From assembly GCA_035283225.1 (NCBI GenBank), contig DATEUG010000011.1, positions 1 to 54,743 on the forward strand: DNA of 54,743 bases. Direction: 5' to 3'. Below are positions 36,049 to 45,449 of the stretch, piece by piece. Position numbers and translations under genes: made by a program. A model generated the notes under the pieces. It worked only from the letters and a program-made list of their open reading frames with translations. It did no database searches and had not been told where the DNA came from. Each line of letters starts with the position of its first letter. Within the stretch, counting starts at the first letter, position 1. This DNA is from Patescibacteria group bacterium (GTDB lineage Bacteria > Patescibacteriota > Microgenomatia > UBA1400 > CG1-02-47-37).

Positions 36049-36070
36049 TAATTTATGGTATCATAGAAAA
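36049..36070. promoter_or_regulatory. 22-nt divergent promoter region
   Basis: TATCAT (36059-36064) lies 6 nt upstream of ATG 36071. The opposite strand has TATGAT 11 nt upstream of thyA ATG 36048. Confidence 0.45.
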
Positions 36071-36670
36071 ATGGCAATAAAAAAGGCGAAAAAAATTAAG
36101 CTTGATTTAAGAATCTGGTTGATACGGGGAGCAATTGTTATCGGAGTTTTGGGATTACTTTTCTATTTTAAGAACTGGTTTGTGGTCGCCTGGGTGAATA
36201 ACCGGCCGATAACCCGTGTGGCTTACATGAGCGAGGTTGACCGTTTAGCCGGCCAGCAGGCTCTAAGTACTTTAATTACTAAAAAGTTAATTTTACTTGA
36301 AGCCAAAAAAAGAAATTTAACTGTATCGCAAGACGAGCTAAACGCCGAAATGACGACAATCGAAGGAATAGCCCAGCAACAAGGCATGAGTTTAGACGAC
36401 TTGTTAAAACAGCAAGATTTAACCCGACCGGTTTTATTGGAAGAAATTAGAATTCAAAAATTACTGGAAAAAATGGCCGGTCAGGTGGAGGTAACCGATG
36501 AAGAACTGCAGACAGCCTTCCAGGAAAACCAAACTCTTTATCCCGAACAAACTTTTGATCAAGTAAAAATTCAATTAACCAATCAATTGGAACAGCAAAA
36601 AATTTCGGATGCAGTCCAGGCATTAATCTCAAAGCTTCAACAAGACTCCAAGGTCGTCACCTGGTTATAA
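36071..36670 (+). CDS. Membrane-anchored SurA-N/PpiC-chaperone-like protein (no PPIase domain evident)
   Basis: TM anchor, then VNNRPITRVAYMSEVDRL...LITKKLILLEAKKRNL, typical of SurA N-terminal-type domains. Confidence 0.5.
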   Translation: MAIKKAKKIKLDLRIWLIRGAIVIGVLGLLFYFKNWFVVAWVNNRPITRVAYMSEVDRLAGQQALSTLITKKLILLEAKKRNLTVSQDELNAEMTTIEGIAQQQGMSLDDLLKQQDLTRPVLLEEIRIQKLLEKMAGQVEVTDEELQTAFQENQTLYPEQTFDQVKIQLTNQLEQQKISDAVQALISKLQQDSKVVTWL

Positions 36671-38335
36671 ACACCAGAAGCAAAATAAGCGCCAACTGAC
36701 TAAGTCTTTCCAGCTAAATTGACCGTCGTTGTTAAAATCAAAGGGCAATAAGGCTTTGAAGGTAACCAGATTATCTTGCCCGGTTAAAACGGTGATTGTT
36801 TGCCTGGGCAAATAGTAAGGTTTTAATAAAACCAGCCGGTAGACTTCATCGGGAACAACACCATAGAGCTTAACCGGTCGAAGCTCACCGTCAACTAAAA
36901 TTAAGTTATATTCACCCACTACCCGATTATTGCTGTCGTAAACTACTAAATGGTAATCGTCTCCGGTTAAAGTCGATTTTAAGAACTGTTTGGCGCGAAC
37001 GATTAAATTGGGTGGCGAAATCACCTCAATTGTTTGGTCAATTTTTTCACCAAACGGCTGGTCTTTGAATTTTAATTGTAAGTTAAGGATTATTTGATCA
37101 TGTGTTTGACCGGTAGAAAGATTGACGTTGAAAGTAACGGTGTCAAAAGGCTCGGTGTCTGAAACCCGGCTAACCAAAACTGATCCCGGGGTCAGATTAC
37201 CGTCAATCACCAATTCGTAGTCGTCCCGATTCCAGATTGATTGCCCGGTGTTTTCAAGCGTGACCTGAAACTGGTAATCGGAGTTTTCGATCACTGTTTT
37301 TGGAATCGTTGAAGCGATGAGCTGGCTTTCCTGAATTTGCTTGGGAGTGCCGGCAGTTTTAATTAACGCTTCAACCGCGGCGTAATGAGGATAAAACTCA
37401 CTGGTACCCGGCTCCTGCCAGGAAAACTGGCTAAAAGGCGGACTGGGATAGTTTAAAACAAACGGGGTAACGGCGACTAAATTAGTGTCGGTCCAAATTG
37501 AGTTGTAGGCTTGACGATAATAATTACTTAAATCATTGGCGGCTGAGTTAACCCAGCCGGTTTCGGTAATAAATAGCGGTAGATTAAGAGGTAGGCCAAA
37601 TTGACTTAAGTAGCTTGCTTCTGATCGATAACTGGTAAGGCTCCCCAAGCCGGTTTTTGTCGGCGGGGCGGAAAAGTTGGGATTGGGATAAGAGTGAGAG
37701 TTCCAGCCGTCAAACAGGCCAAAAATGGCTGAATCGGCCAAATACATTTGCCGCCAATACTCCGTCGCCGCCATGGTGTCGGGGCTGTCGGGGGCGGCTG
37801 TATCCAATCCGGCCGGGAGAATAAAGAAATCGTCTGAAGCGGCTTTAAGTTTTGCCTGAAACTCCTTGACCGTTTGAACATACTCTCGCGGTTTTAATTG
37901 ACCACCCCACTCTTTGGCGTGATTTGGTTCATTAAATAAAATGACGTAGCGGTTGGTTATCACCCAGTTTAAAGAGTTTAAAAAATCAGTCATTTTTTGA
38001 GCATCTTCTGGCAATGGCTTAACCCACAATTCCCCTTCTGGAACTGTGGCCAGCCGAACAATGGGGATTAATTTCAAGCGGCGCATCGAATCAAATAAAT
38101 TTTGCCATTTATCGGGGTTTAAATCGTTTAACCTTAGGACCAAAGTCACATAACCCCAATCTCCGCCGCTACTGTTAACCAAAGCGGCGGCCGCACCCAA
38201 ATCATGGGCTTCCAAAATATGAATGCCAAAACGATTATTAGCGTTTTCCAACGGATTAACCACGGCCAGAGTCGGCGGCGGCGCACCGAAAAGTAAAAGC
38301 AGACTTAGAAAAAAAACTTTAAATAGTTTTGGCAT
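36665..38335 (-). CDS. Secreted clan GH-A-like (TIM-barrel) glycoside hydrolase with C-terminal beta-rich domains
   Basis: Signal peptide. ILFNEPNH is a candidate acid/base NEP motif and LFITETGW a candidate nucleophile motif. Start set at ATG 38335. Confidence 0.5.
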   Translation of the reverse strand: MPKLFKVFFLSLLLLFGAPPPTLAVVNPLENANNRFGIHILEAHDLGAAAALVNSSGGDWGYVTLVLRLNDLNPDKWQNLFDSMRRLKLIPIVRLATVPEGELWVKPLPEDAQKMTDFLNSLNWVITNRYVILFNEPNHAKEWGGQLKPREYVQTVKEFQAKLKAASDDFFILPAGLDTAAPDSPDTMAATEYWRQMYLADSAIFGLFDGWNSHSYPNPNFSAPPTKTGLGSLTSYRSEASYLSQFGLPLNLPLFITETGWVNSAANDLSNYYRQAYNSIWTDTNLVAVTPFVLNYPSPPFSQFSWQEPGTSEFYPHYAAVEALIKTAGTPKQIQESQLIASTIPKTVIENSDYQFQVTLENTGQSIWNRDDYELVIDGNLTPGSVLVSRVSDTEPFDTVTFNVNLSTGQTHDQIILNLQLKFKDQPFGEKIDQTIEVISPPNLIVRAKQFLKSTLTGDDYHLVVYDSNNRVVGEYNLILVDGELRPVKLYGVVPDEVYRLVLLKPYYLPRQTITVLTGQDNLVTFKALLPFDFNNDGQFSWKDLVSWRLFCFWCL

Positions 38336-39068
38336 GACTAACCGGACCAAGGGGTATCTTATCATCCGGATCATCAACAAACAGCAAAATGATTTTACCT
38401 TTGGTTTTTTTGGGGTAAAAACCCAGGTCGTGCATCACCAGGGGTGAACCGCCGAATTGCTTGCCGGTCCATTTGGCCGGCCCGGCGTCGGCGATGACGG
38501 CAACCACTGCCGCTCCTGTTTCGGGGTTAATCGCCACCATTTTCCTGAATTTATACCAATCTCTTAATTCACCCAAGCGTGCCTGCCAGTCGGGCAAATA
38601 AAGAGTTTGGACCGCTAAATAATATTTTTCTTTTTCGGCCGGCACATAACCCCAGGCACCGCGGCTTGATGCCAAACCGGCTTGAGGGAATTCCCGGCCG
38701 GCTAAAGTATCATTGGGCCGGCGGGGCAAATGCTGTTCCAAACCGATGTAGCCAACCTGGTGATTGAGACGATTTCCTTGGAGCTGGCTCACTGCTTTAA
38801 TCCCTAAAGTTTTTTCAACCAACGCTGACAAAGTCATCTCCTCTTCCTGAGTTAATATCCGCGATGTTTCCGGTGTTACCTCGGCAAGCATTTTTTTTAA
38901 GAGTGAGCGTAGCTCCTTAGTTGACACTAAACCATAGGGCAATCTTAGCTCGGGCGGTTTTTCGTCCAGAGGTTTTAGCTTTTGCGCTCCCGAAGTTAAA
39001 AGCAAACTGCCAGTCAGGGTCACTCCGGCTAATATTTTTTTAGCGCGACTTAAGGATTTTTTGGGCAT
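38319..39068 (-). CDS. Secreted hypothetical protein, possible RlpA-like double-psi beta-barrel at the C-terminus
   Basis: Signal/anchor. KMVAINPETGAAVVAVIADAGPAKWTGKQFGGSPLVMHDLG resembles DPBB domains. Low certainty. Confidence 0.4.
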   Translation of the reverse strand: MPKKSLSRAKKILAGVTLTGSLLLTSGAQKLKPLDEKPPELRLPYGLVSTKELRSLLKKMLAEVTPETSRILTQEEEMTLSALVEKTLGIKAVSQLQGNRLNHQVGYIGLEQHLPRRPNDTLAGREFPQAGLASSRGAWGYVPAEKEKYYLAVQTLYLPDWQARLGELRDWYKFRKMVAINPETGAAVVAVIADAGPAKWTGKQFGGSPLVMHDLGFYPKKTKGKIILLFVDDPDDKIPLGPVSHAKTI

Positions 39069-40452
39069 ATTGTAAGCGTTTTAAGACTACTGTTTGGCCC
39101 AAAATGTGTAAAACATCAAATAAGGGCGGAGTGGCAGGAGAACCGGTAACAGACAAGCGGATGGTCATAAACGCCGGCCTGGGTTTTAAATTTTCAGCTA
39201 CCTGCAGCTGGTGGAGTTTATTTTCTAAATTTTTTACCGCCCAGGGTTTTATGTTTTTAATAATTTCCGCCACTTTAATTAAATAAAGTCCGGTGTCTTT
39301 GGCTGTCATCCTTGATTCTCCCAAAATTTCCGGCACTTTAAGCTGGGGCTGGCTGACAAAATATTGGGTTTGTAAAGGCAGGTCGGATAATTTGACTAAA
39401 CGGTCTTTTAACAACGGCCAAATCGGCTTAAACACAGCCCGTGACAAACTTTCCGGCAGAAATTCTTTCAGTTCCGGCCACAATTGCTTTTCCGGCAGCC
39501 GCCTTAACCATTGGCCGTTAAGCCAATTAAGCTTATCCAAGTCAACGATCGGACCGGTTAAGTGCATTGCTTTAAAATCAAAATGTTTGATAATTTCATC
39601 TAAACCAAACACTTCTTTTCCCTGCGGATGATTCCAAACCCGGGTAATTAAAAAATTAATTACCGCTTCGGGTAAATAACCTTGTTGTTGATACCAACTG
39701 ACGGCAGCGTGTCCGTGGCGTTTTGACAACTTGGACCGGTCCGGATTCCTTAAAATCGGGGTATGGACTAAAATCGGCAAACTCCAGCCGAAGTATCGAT
39801 AAATTAACTTAAGCTTCGGGCTGGAGCTCAACCACTCCTCGCCCCGAACCACGTGGGTAATCGCCATCAAATGATCGTCAACTGCCATGGCCAGATGATA
39901 GGTTGGATAACCGTCAGATTTAATTAACACCTGGTCGTCAACCAGATTGCTGTCAAAGCTCACTTTTCCCCTGAGCAAGTCTTCAATAACTAAAGTTTCA
40001 TCTTTGGGTACTTTTAATCTGATAACATGAGGTTCACTCTTGGCTCTTTCAGCGGCAGGCTCTCGATCTAAATTACGACACTGACCGTCATACATCGGTG
40101 CTTTGCCGGCCAAGGTCTGTTCTTTTCTTAACTGTTCCAGTCTTGCTTCAGAGCAAAAACAATAATAAGCGTGCTTAAGTTCAATCAGTTTTTCGGCATG
40201 CTCACGGTAAATCGGCAATCGCTGTGACTGCTTGATTGACTTAGCATCCGGCTTTAGTCCCAGCCAATCTAAGGCGTCAAATAAGGCCTTTTCGGCTCCG
40301 GCAACTAAACGGCTCTGGTCAGTGTCTTCGATCCGGACCAAAAACTGGCCTTTATTTTTTTTGGCAAAAGCATAGTTAATCAAAGCCTGATACATGGTGC
40401 CAATATGGGGCAGGCCAGTTGGGGAGGGAGCAATCCGGGTTTTAACTATCAT
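39040..40452 (-). CDS. gltX: Glutamate--tRNA ligase
   Basis: HIGH region (APSPTGLPHIGT) and KMSKS region (KLSKRHG). Confidence 0.9.
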   Translation of the reverse strand: MIVKTRIAPSPTGLPHIGTMYQALINYAFAKKNKGQFLVRIEDTDQSRLVAGAEKALFDALDWLGLKPDAKSIKQSQRLPIYREHAEKLIELKHAYYCFCSEARLEQLRKEQTLAGKAPMYDGQCRNLDREPAAERAKSEPHVIRLKVPKDETLVIEDLLRGKVSFDSNLVDDQVLIKSDGYPTYHLAMAVDDHLMAITHVVRGEEWLSSSPKLKLIYRYFGWSLPILVHTPILRNPDRSKLSKRHGHAAVSWYQQQGYLPEAVINFLITRVWNHPQGKEVFGLDEIIKHFDFKAMHLTGPIVDLDKLNWLNGQWLRRLPEKQLWPELKEFLPESLSRAVFKPIWPLLKDRLVKLSDLPLQTQYFVSQPQLKVPEILGESRMTAKDTGLYLIKVAEIIKNIKPWAVKNLENKLHQLQVAENLKPRPAFMTIRLSVTGSPATPPLFDVLHILGQTVVLKRLQYAQKILKSR

Positions 40453-40492
40453 TAATTTGCATTCTAACAGAGAAAATGACTATACTCAAAAC
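40453..40492. promoter_or_regulatory. 40-nt bidirectional promoter region
   Basis: Plus strand: TTGCAT (40457-40462), 18 nt, TATACT (40481-40486), 6 nt, ATG 40493. Minus strand: TTGAGT, 17 nt, TAGAAT (40466-40461), 8 nt, gltX ATG 40452. Confidence 0.6.
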
Positions 40493-41557
40493 ATGGCGTC
40501 ACTCACCGAAACTGCCCTAATGGCGCGCAAATTAATTAAGTTGTCAGCCTTGGTCTTGGCGGCAATTTTGGTCTTAAAACTGGGTATTTCCATCGTCAAC
40601 ACTTACTTTAAGGTGGTTAATCCACCCCCGCCGCCGCCGCCAACGGTGGCTTTTGGCAAACTGCCGGCAATTGAATTCCCTGAACGGCTTCACCCGGAAT
40701 TAACTTTACGATTAGAGACACCAACCGGAGGCACGCCTGATTTAGGCGACCGGGCAACCATTTATTTAATGCCCACTTTTCGCTCCAGCTTCTTAGCCCT
40801 GGATGCGGCTAACGTTACGGCCAAAAAGATGGGCTTTAACAATGAACCCAAGGAGGTAACCGAACGCCGCTACCGCTGGGAGTCGGATATATTTTTACCC
40901 AGCACTTTAGAAATGGACATCATCACCGGATCATTTACTTTAAAAAGAAACTGGCAGGCTGACCCAACAATTTTGTCGGACAAACAATTGCCGGGCAAAG
41001 AACAAACCGATGCAGAAATGACCAATTTTTTAAGAGAAACCGGTTTACTCAACGACGAGCTGACGGCAGGAACAACCACGATTACTTACCTAAAGTTCTC
41101 TGCCGGGCAATATGTCACGGCCGTCAGTTTATCTGAAGCCGATTTTGTCCAGGTAGATTTATTCAGACCAAGCTTGAGCGACGTTAAAATTTTACCGACC
41201 AACCCGGAAAAAGGGATTGTGCGGTTAATTTTTTCCGGCAGTCGAGAGGCGGAAAAACGGATTGTCCAGGCAGAGTACAACTATTTTCCGATTGACTTTG
41301 AACAAAATGCCACTTACCCGATTAAAACCGCTTCTCAGGCTTGGCGGGAGCTGCAAACCCGGGAGGGATTTATTGCCAGCGTGGGCAATAATCCGGGCAA
41401 TATCGTCCCGATTAGGCGGATTTATTTGGCTTACTATGACGGCGAAACTTCAAGCGGCTTTTTGATGCCGATCATTGTTTTTGAGGGCGACAACGGCTTT
41501 TTCGGCTATGTGCCGGCTGTCACTACTGAGTGGCTCCAGCCACCCCTTCCCAGTTAA
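40493..41557 (+). CDS. Membrane-anchored hypothetical protein
   Basis: TM anchor (LIKLSALVLAAILVL), a poly-Pro tract (NPPPPPPPT), then a roughly 300-aa extracytoplasmic domain with no recognised motif. Confidence 0.5.
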   Translation: MASLTETALMARKLIKLSALVLAAILVLKLGISIVNTYFKVVNPPPPPPPTVAFGKLPAIEFPERLHPELTLRLETPTGGTPDLGDRATIYLMPTFRSSFLALDAANVTAKKMGFNNEPKEVTERRYRWESDIFLPSTLEMDIITGSFTLKRNWQADPTILSDKQLPGKEQTDAEMTNFLRETGLLNDELTAGTTTITYLKFSAGQYVTAVSLSEADFVQVDLFRPSLSDVKILPTNPEKGIVRLIFSGSREAEKRIVQAEYNYFPIDFEQNATYPIKTASQAWRELQTREGFIASVGNNPGNIVPIRRIYLAYYDGETSSGFLMPIIVFEGDNGFFGYVPAVTTEWLQPPLPS

Positions 41558-42449
41558 AATTCGCAAACGCCCAGTCAATTAATGTTTTGCTTTCGCCAAA
41601 ACGATCATTGCTTCCCAAGACTACAGTAATAATCGCCCGCTCGCCCCGCTTAACATAGGTGACTAAACACTCACCGGCCAGTTCGGTCCAGCCGGTTTTG
41701 ACACCGACTAAACCTTCAACTTGTCCGAGTAAATCGTTAATTGTCAAAAGCTCGTACTCCTTCTCCCCGGTGATATCGGTAACACTAATTTTAGGCGTAG
41801 CCACAATCTTGGTAAAAACCGGATTAGTCATGGCTGTAGCCGAAAGCAGGCTTAAATCATGAACGCTGGTGTGGTGACCGGCCTCATCCAAACCCGTAGG
41901 GTTAGTAAATTGGGTATCTTTAAGTCCTAAAGCTTTGGCTTTTTGGTTCATGGCCGCTACAAAGGCCTTGGCTCCGCCAGGATAATTATCTGCCAAAACT
42001 TGAGCGGCATCATTGCCAGAGGCGACCAGCATACCGTATAAAAGATTTTCAACTGTCATTTTCTCTCCCAATTTTAACCCCAGGACCTGACCCTCGGCTG
42101 AAACCGAAGCAGTCAAAACCTCATCCAAGCGATAAGCTTCCAGAGCAATTAAACCAGTCATGATTTTCGTGGTCGAAGCCGGCAATAATTCTAAGTCGGG
42201 ATTTTTGGCCATCATGATGGTTTTGCTGCCAACGTCAACAACGATGGCTGATTGGGCAGATAAATTGGGGGCGCTAACTCCGGAAACATTCACCGGATAG
42301 TCGTTAGCGCCAGGCAAGACATAGTCAATTGCCCGGACAAAAGACAGAGGCCGCAAAGCAGTGGGCAACAAACTCAAACTTAAGGCCACTAACAACCAAT
42401 TTATAAGCTGACGCGGGTTAAGCCGCAGCCACTTTAAAAAAGCTTTCAT
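41523..42449 (-). CDS. D-alanyl-D-alanine carboxypeptidase (peptidase S11, low-MW PBP)
   Basis: SxxK (ASTTKIMT), SGN (VASGNDAA) and KTG (VKTGWT) motifs. Confidence 0.85.
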   Translation of the reverse strand: MKAFLKWLRLNPRQLINWLLVALSLSLLPTALRPLSFVRAIDYVLPGANDYPVNVSGVSAPNLSAQSAIVVDVGSKTIMMAKNPDLELLPASTTKIMTGLIALEAYRLDEVLTASVSAEGQVLGLKLGEKMTVENLLYGMLVASGNDAAQVLADNYPGGAKAFVAAMNQKAKALGLKDTQFTNPTGLDEAGHHTSVHDLSLLSATAMTNPVFTKIVATPKISVTDITGEKEYELLTINDLLGQVEGLVGVKTGWTELAGECLVTYVKRGERAIITVVLGSNDRFGESKTLIDWAFANFNWEGVAGATQ

Positions 42450-43840
42450 GCACTTAAGTTTAGACCCAATTCCTTAAGCTGCTGGTCAGTGGCCTCAGAG
42501 GGAGCATCAACTACGGCCGTTTGCCCAGAGGCGACTGCCGGAAAAGCAATCACTTCCCGTAAACTTGGTTCACCCAAAATTGCCATTAATAATCGGTCAA
42601 TACCCGGAGCAATACCGCCATGGGGCGGAACGCCAAAACCAAAGGCGGTCAGCATGTGATCAAACTGCTGTTTTTGTTCTTTTGAAAAACCGATCAGCTC
42701 AAACACTTTTTCCTGAATTTTAGGGTCGTGAATTCTGATGCTGCCGCCACCGACCTCAAAGCCGTTTAAAACCAGGTCGTGCTGTAAACCCCGCACTTTC
42801 AACGGGTCTTGATCCAGTAACTTGACATCGTCCGGGTGGGGCGAAGTAAACATATGATGCGACGGGGCGTATTTAGCATGTTGGCCGGCCCCGTAGAAGA
42901 AATCCTCTTTACTTTGTTTGGTAAATAGGGGGAAATCAACAATCCAGGCAAAAGCCAATTCGTCAGGGTTATTTTTATCGGTTCTTAAATCAGGCTTGTC
43001 CGAACCGTATTTTTTTACCGCCTCGGCGTGTTTTAATCTCGGCCAGGGGGTAACGCTGATAATTTTATTAGGAAAAACGGCTTTAACCATTTGGCTGAAC
43101 AAAGCCTCTGTAAGCTCCAGAATGTCGTTTTGCTCCACAAATGACATCTCCAGATCCAATTGGGTAAACTCACCGTAAGCCCGGTCGGCTCGGGGATCTT
43201 CATCCCTGAAACAACGGGCAATCTGAAAATAGCGCTCTAATCCCGCCACCATTAACAGCTGTTTGTACTGCTGGGGGCTTTGGGGTAATGCGTAAAACTT
43301 GCCCGGCTTTAAGCGCGACGGCACCAAGAAATCGCGGGCACCCTCAGGTGTAGTTTTGGTCAATACCGGTGTTTCTACTTCCACAAAGTCACGCTCGGTT
43401 AAAAAATCGCGGATAAACTTAACCGCTTTGGCCCTTAATCTTAGATTTCTGTTCATCCGCGGCCGGCGTAAATCAAGGTAACGATATTTAAGCCGAACAC
43501 TTTCATCAATATCATGGCCGTCGCCGTCAACAGGTAAAGGAAGTTCGCCGGCGGTGGTGATCACTTCAACTTTGTCAGCTGCCACTTCAACTTTCCCGGT
43601 GGCTAGATTTGGATTAATAAGTTTTTCCGGGCGTTCTTTAACTTTGCCGGTAACTGCAACCACGGATTCCTGTTTAAGATTAGTGGTTAAATTTTGCGCT
43701 ACTACCTGGACTAAACCAGAGCGGTCACGTAAATCAAAAAAAACCAGCTTGCCGTGGCTTCTGACCGAGTTAAGCCAGCCTTTTAATAAAACGGTTTTGC
43801 CAACCAGTTTTACTGCCTCGAGAGCTAAAGTCCTTTCCAT
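42446..43840 (-). CDS. aspS: Aspartate--tRNA ligase, bacterial-type core lacking the GAD insertion
   Basis: OB-fold N-terminus (GWLNSVRSHGKLVFFDLRDRSG), motif 2 CFRDEDPRADR..EFTQLDLEMSF, and motif 3 GIAPGIDRLLM. At 464 aa, YGSDKPDLR is followed almost directly by IVDFPLF. Confidence 0.9.
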   Translation of the reverse strand: MERTLALEAVKLVGKTVLLKGWLNSVRSHGKLVFFDLRDRSGLVQVVAQNLTTNLKQESVVAVTGKVKERPEKLINPNLATGKVEVAADKVEVITTAGELPLPVDGDGHDIDESVRLKYRYLDLRRPRMNRNLRLRAKAVKFIRDFLTERDFVEVETPVLTKTTPEGARDFLVPSRLKPGKFYALPQSPQQYKQLLMVAGLERYFQIARCFRDEDPRADRAYGEFTQLDLEMSFVEQNDILELTEALFSQMVKAVFPNKIISVTPWPRLKHAEAVKKYGSDKPDLRTDKNNPDELAFAWIVDFPLFTKQSKEDFFYGAGQHAKYAPSHHMFTSPHPDDVKLLDQDPLKVRGLQHDLVLNGFEVGGGSIRIHDPKIQEKVFELIGFSKEQKQQFDHMLTAFGFGVPPHGGIAPGIDRLLMAILGEPSLREVIAFPAVASGQTAVVDAPSEATDQQLKELGLNLSA

Positions 43841-43843
43841 AGC

Positions 43844-45427
43844 TTAAATTGTAACATCTTTAACTTTAAGCTGTAACGATTTGGTGCCGTTAAAATGATT
43901 GGCCTCAATGGTGTAAGCCACGTCAACCGGTTGCCCCGGCTTTAAATCTTTAAAAAGATAGCCTTTGCCGAAGAAAACCGCGTCAAAGATTTTGCCGCCC
44001 TGCTTTAACTTAAGCTTTAAATGGGTTTTCTCAGCCCCCACCAGGCGCTTTTCTATCACTTCAACTTTTTGGGTGGCAAACACCGGCTCGGGATTGGCCA
44101 TGCCGAATGGTTCAAACCGGCTAAGCTCCCGGTAAAACGGCCAAGTAATGGCTGAAAAATCCAGTAAACATTCTATCTCTAGTTTGCTTGCCTGCTGCTC
44201 TCCTTTTAACTGCAGTTTAGCCAGTTGCAACAACTGTGTTTTAATTTGCGACAGCTTTTTAACTTCGGCAGTAAAACCGGCTGCCTGCTCATGGCCGCCG
44301 TGATTAATTAAGTCCGCTTTAATCGAACGAATTGCATCAATTAAGTTAAAACCGGCAATTGACCGGCCCGAGGCCTTAGCATGATGCTTACCGATGGCTA
44401 CCACCACTGCCGGCCGGTTAAATTTTTCCGCTAACCTGCCCGCCACTAAACCGACAATGCCCTCATGGTATGAAGCATCAGCAATAAAAATCAGTTTTTG
44501 GGTTTTATCCACCCGTTTTTCAGCATGAATAATCGTTTCTAGGGTTAAGGCTTGTCTGTTTTGGTTGGCAGTTTCTAAAGTATCGGCTAATTTTCTGGCT
44601 CTTGGCTCATCCTTGGTACAGAGTAACCTGACCGAATCTAAAGCTTGCTGCATCCTGGCCATGGCGTTTAAGCGGGAACCAAAATTGTAGCTGGCTTGCC
44701 GGGCAGTAATTTGAGAAAGATCAAGTTTAGCGGCGCGAGCCAAAAGCAATAAACCCGGCCGCTTGGTCGTTCTTAATTTTTCCAAACCGAATTTGGCCAG
44801 TGATCGGTTGGCCTCGGTTAAGGGAACTAAATCAGCAATCGTACCTAAGCCGGCTAAATCTAAGCTATTCTCTTGTCCCAGGGCTTTGGCTAAAAACCAG
44901 GACACGCCGGCGCCGGCTAGCTTGAGGCTGTGAACGATGGCGTCGGCGGCAGGCAACTTGGCGGCTGGTTGGTGATGATCGGTAATAATTACCTTGATTC
45001 CTAAGCTCTGGGCATATTTAACCGCTTCATCGGCAGTAATGCCGTTATCAACGGTAATAATTAATTCCGGTTTTTCTCCCAAGTTAACAATCTCTTTAAT
45101 TCCCTGAACCGACAAACCCCTGGTTGGATCGGTTCTGGGCGGAATATAGGGCAGAACTTTGCCGCCTAAGGCGTGAATGGTTTCCCACAATATCGCGGTC
45201 GAGCAGACGCCATCAGCATCATAATCACCATAAATATAAATTAATTTTTGGGCTTTAATCACCGCTTTAATTAGGGCGACTGCTTTTTTAGGCGACAGCG
45301 GTTTCAATTGGGACGGATGGGGCGGATTAAAAAATGCTTTTTGCTTAGCGGGCGGGTTAAGCCCCCGGTTTGCTAGCATCGCTTCAAGCGGTTTTGCTTT
45401 AGATTTAATTTCCCAATTTAGAAGCAT
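43844..45427 (-). CDS. recJ: Single-stranded-DNA-specific exonuclease RecJ
   Basis: DHH-family motifs YGDYDADGV, ITVDNG and ITDHHQP, plus a DHHA1 GGH motif (INHGGHEQAAG). Confidence 0.9.
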   Translation of the reverse strand: MLLNWEIKSKAKPLEAMLANRGLNPPAKQKAFFNPPHPSQLKPLSPKKAVALIKAVIKAQKLIYIYGDYDADGVCSTAILWETIHALGGKVLPYIPPRTDPTRGLSVQGIKEIVNLGEKPELIITVDNGITADEAVKYAQSLGIKVIITDHHQPAAKLPAADAIVHSLKLAGAGVSWFLAKALGQENSLDLAGLGTIADLVPLTEANRSLAKFGLEKLRTTKRPGLLLLARAAKLDLSQITARQASYNFGSRLNAMARMQQALDSVRLLCTKDEPRARKLADTLETANQNRQALTLETIIHAEKRVDKTQKLIFIADASYHEGIVGLVAGRLAEKFNRPAVVVAIGKHHAKASGRSIAGFNLIDAIRSIKADLINHGGHEQAAGFTAEVKKLSQIKTQLLQLAKLQLKGEQQASKLEIECLLDFSAITWPFYRELSRFEPFGMANPEPVFATQKVEVIEKRLVGAEKTHLKLKLKQGGKIFDAVFFGKGYLFKDLKPGQPVDVAYTIEANHFNGTKSLQLKVKDVTI

Positions 45428-45449
45428 TACGGCTATAATAACATAGCAA
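45428..45449. promoter_or_regulatory. 22-nt divergent promoter region
   Basis: TATAAT (45434-45439) lies 10 nt upstream of ATG 45450. The opposite strand has TATTAT 7 nt upstream of recJ ATG 45427. Confidence 0.5.
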
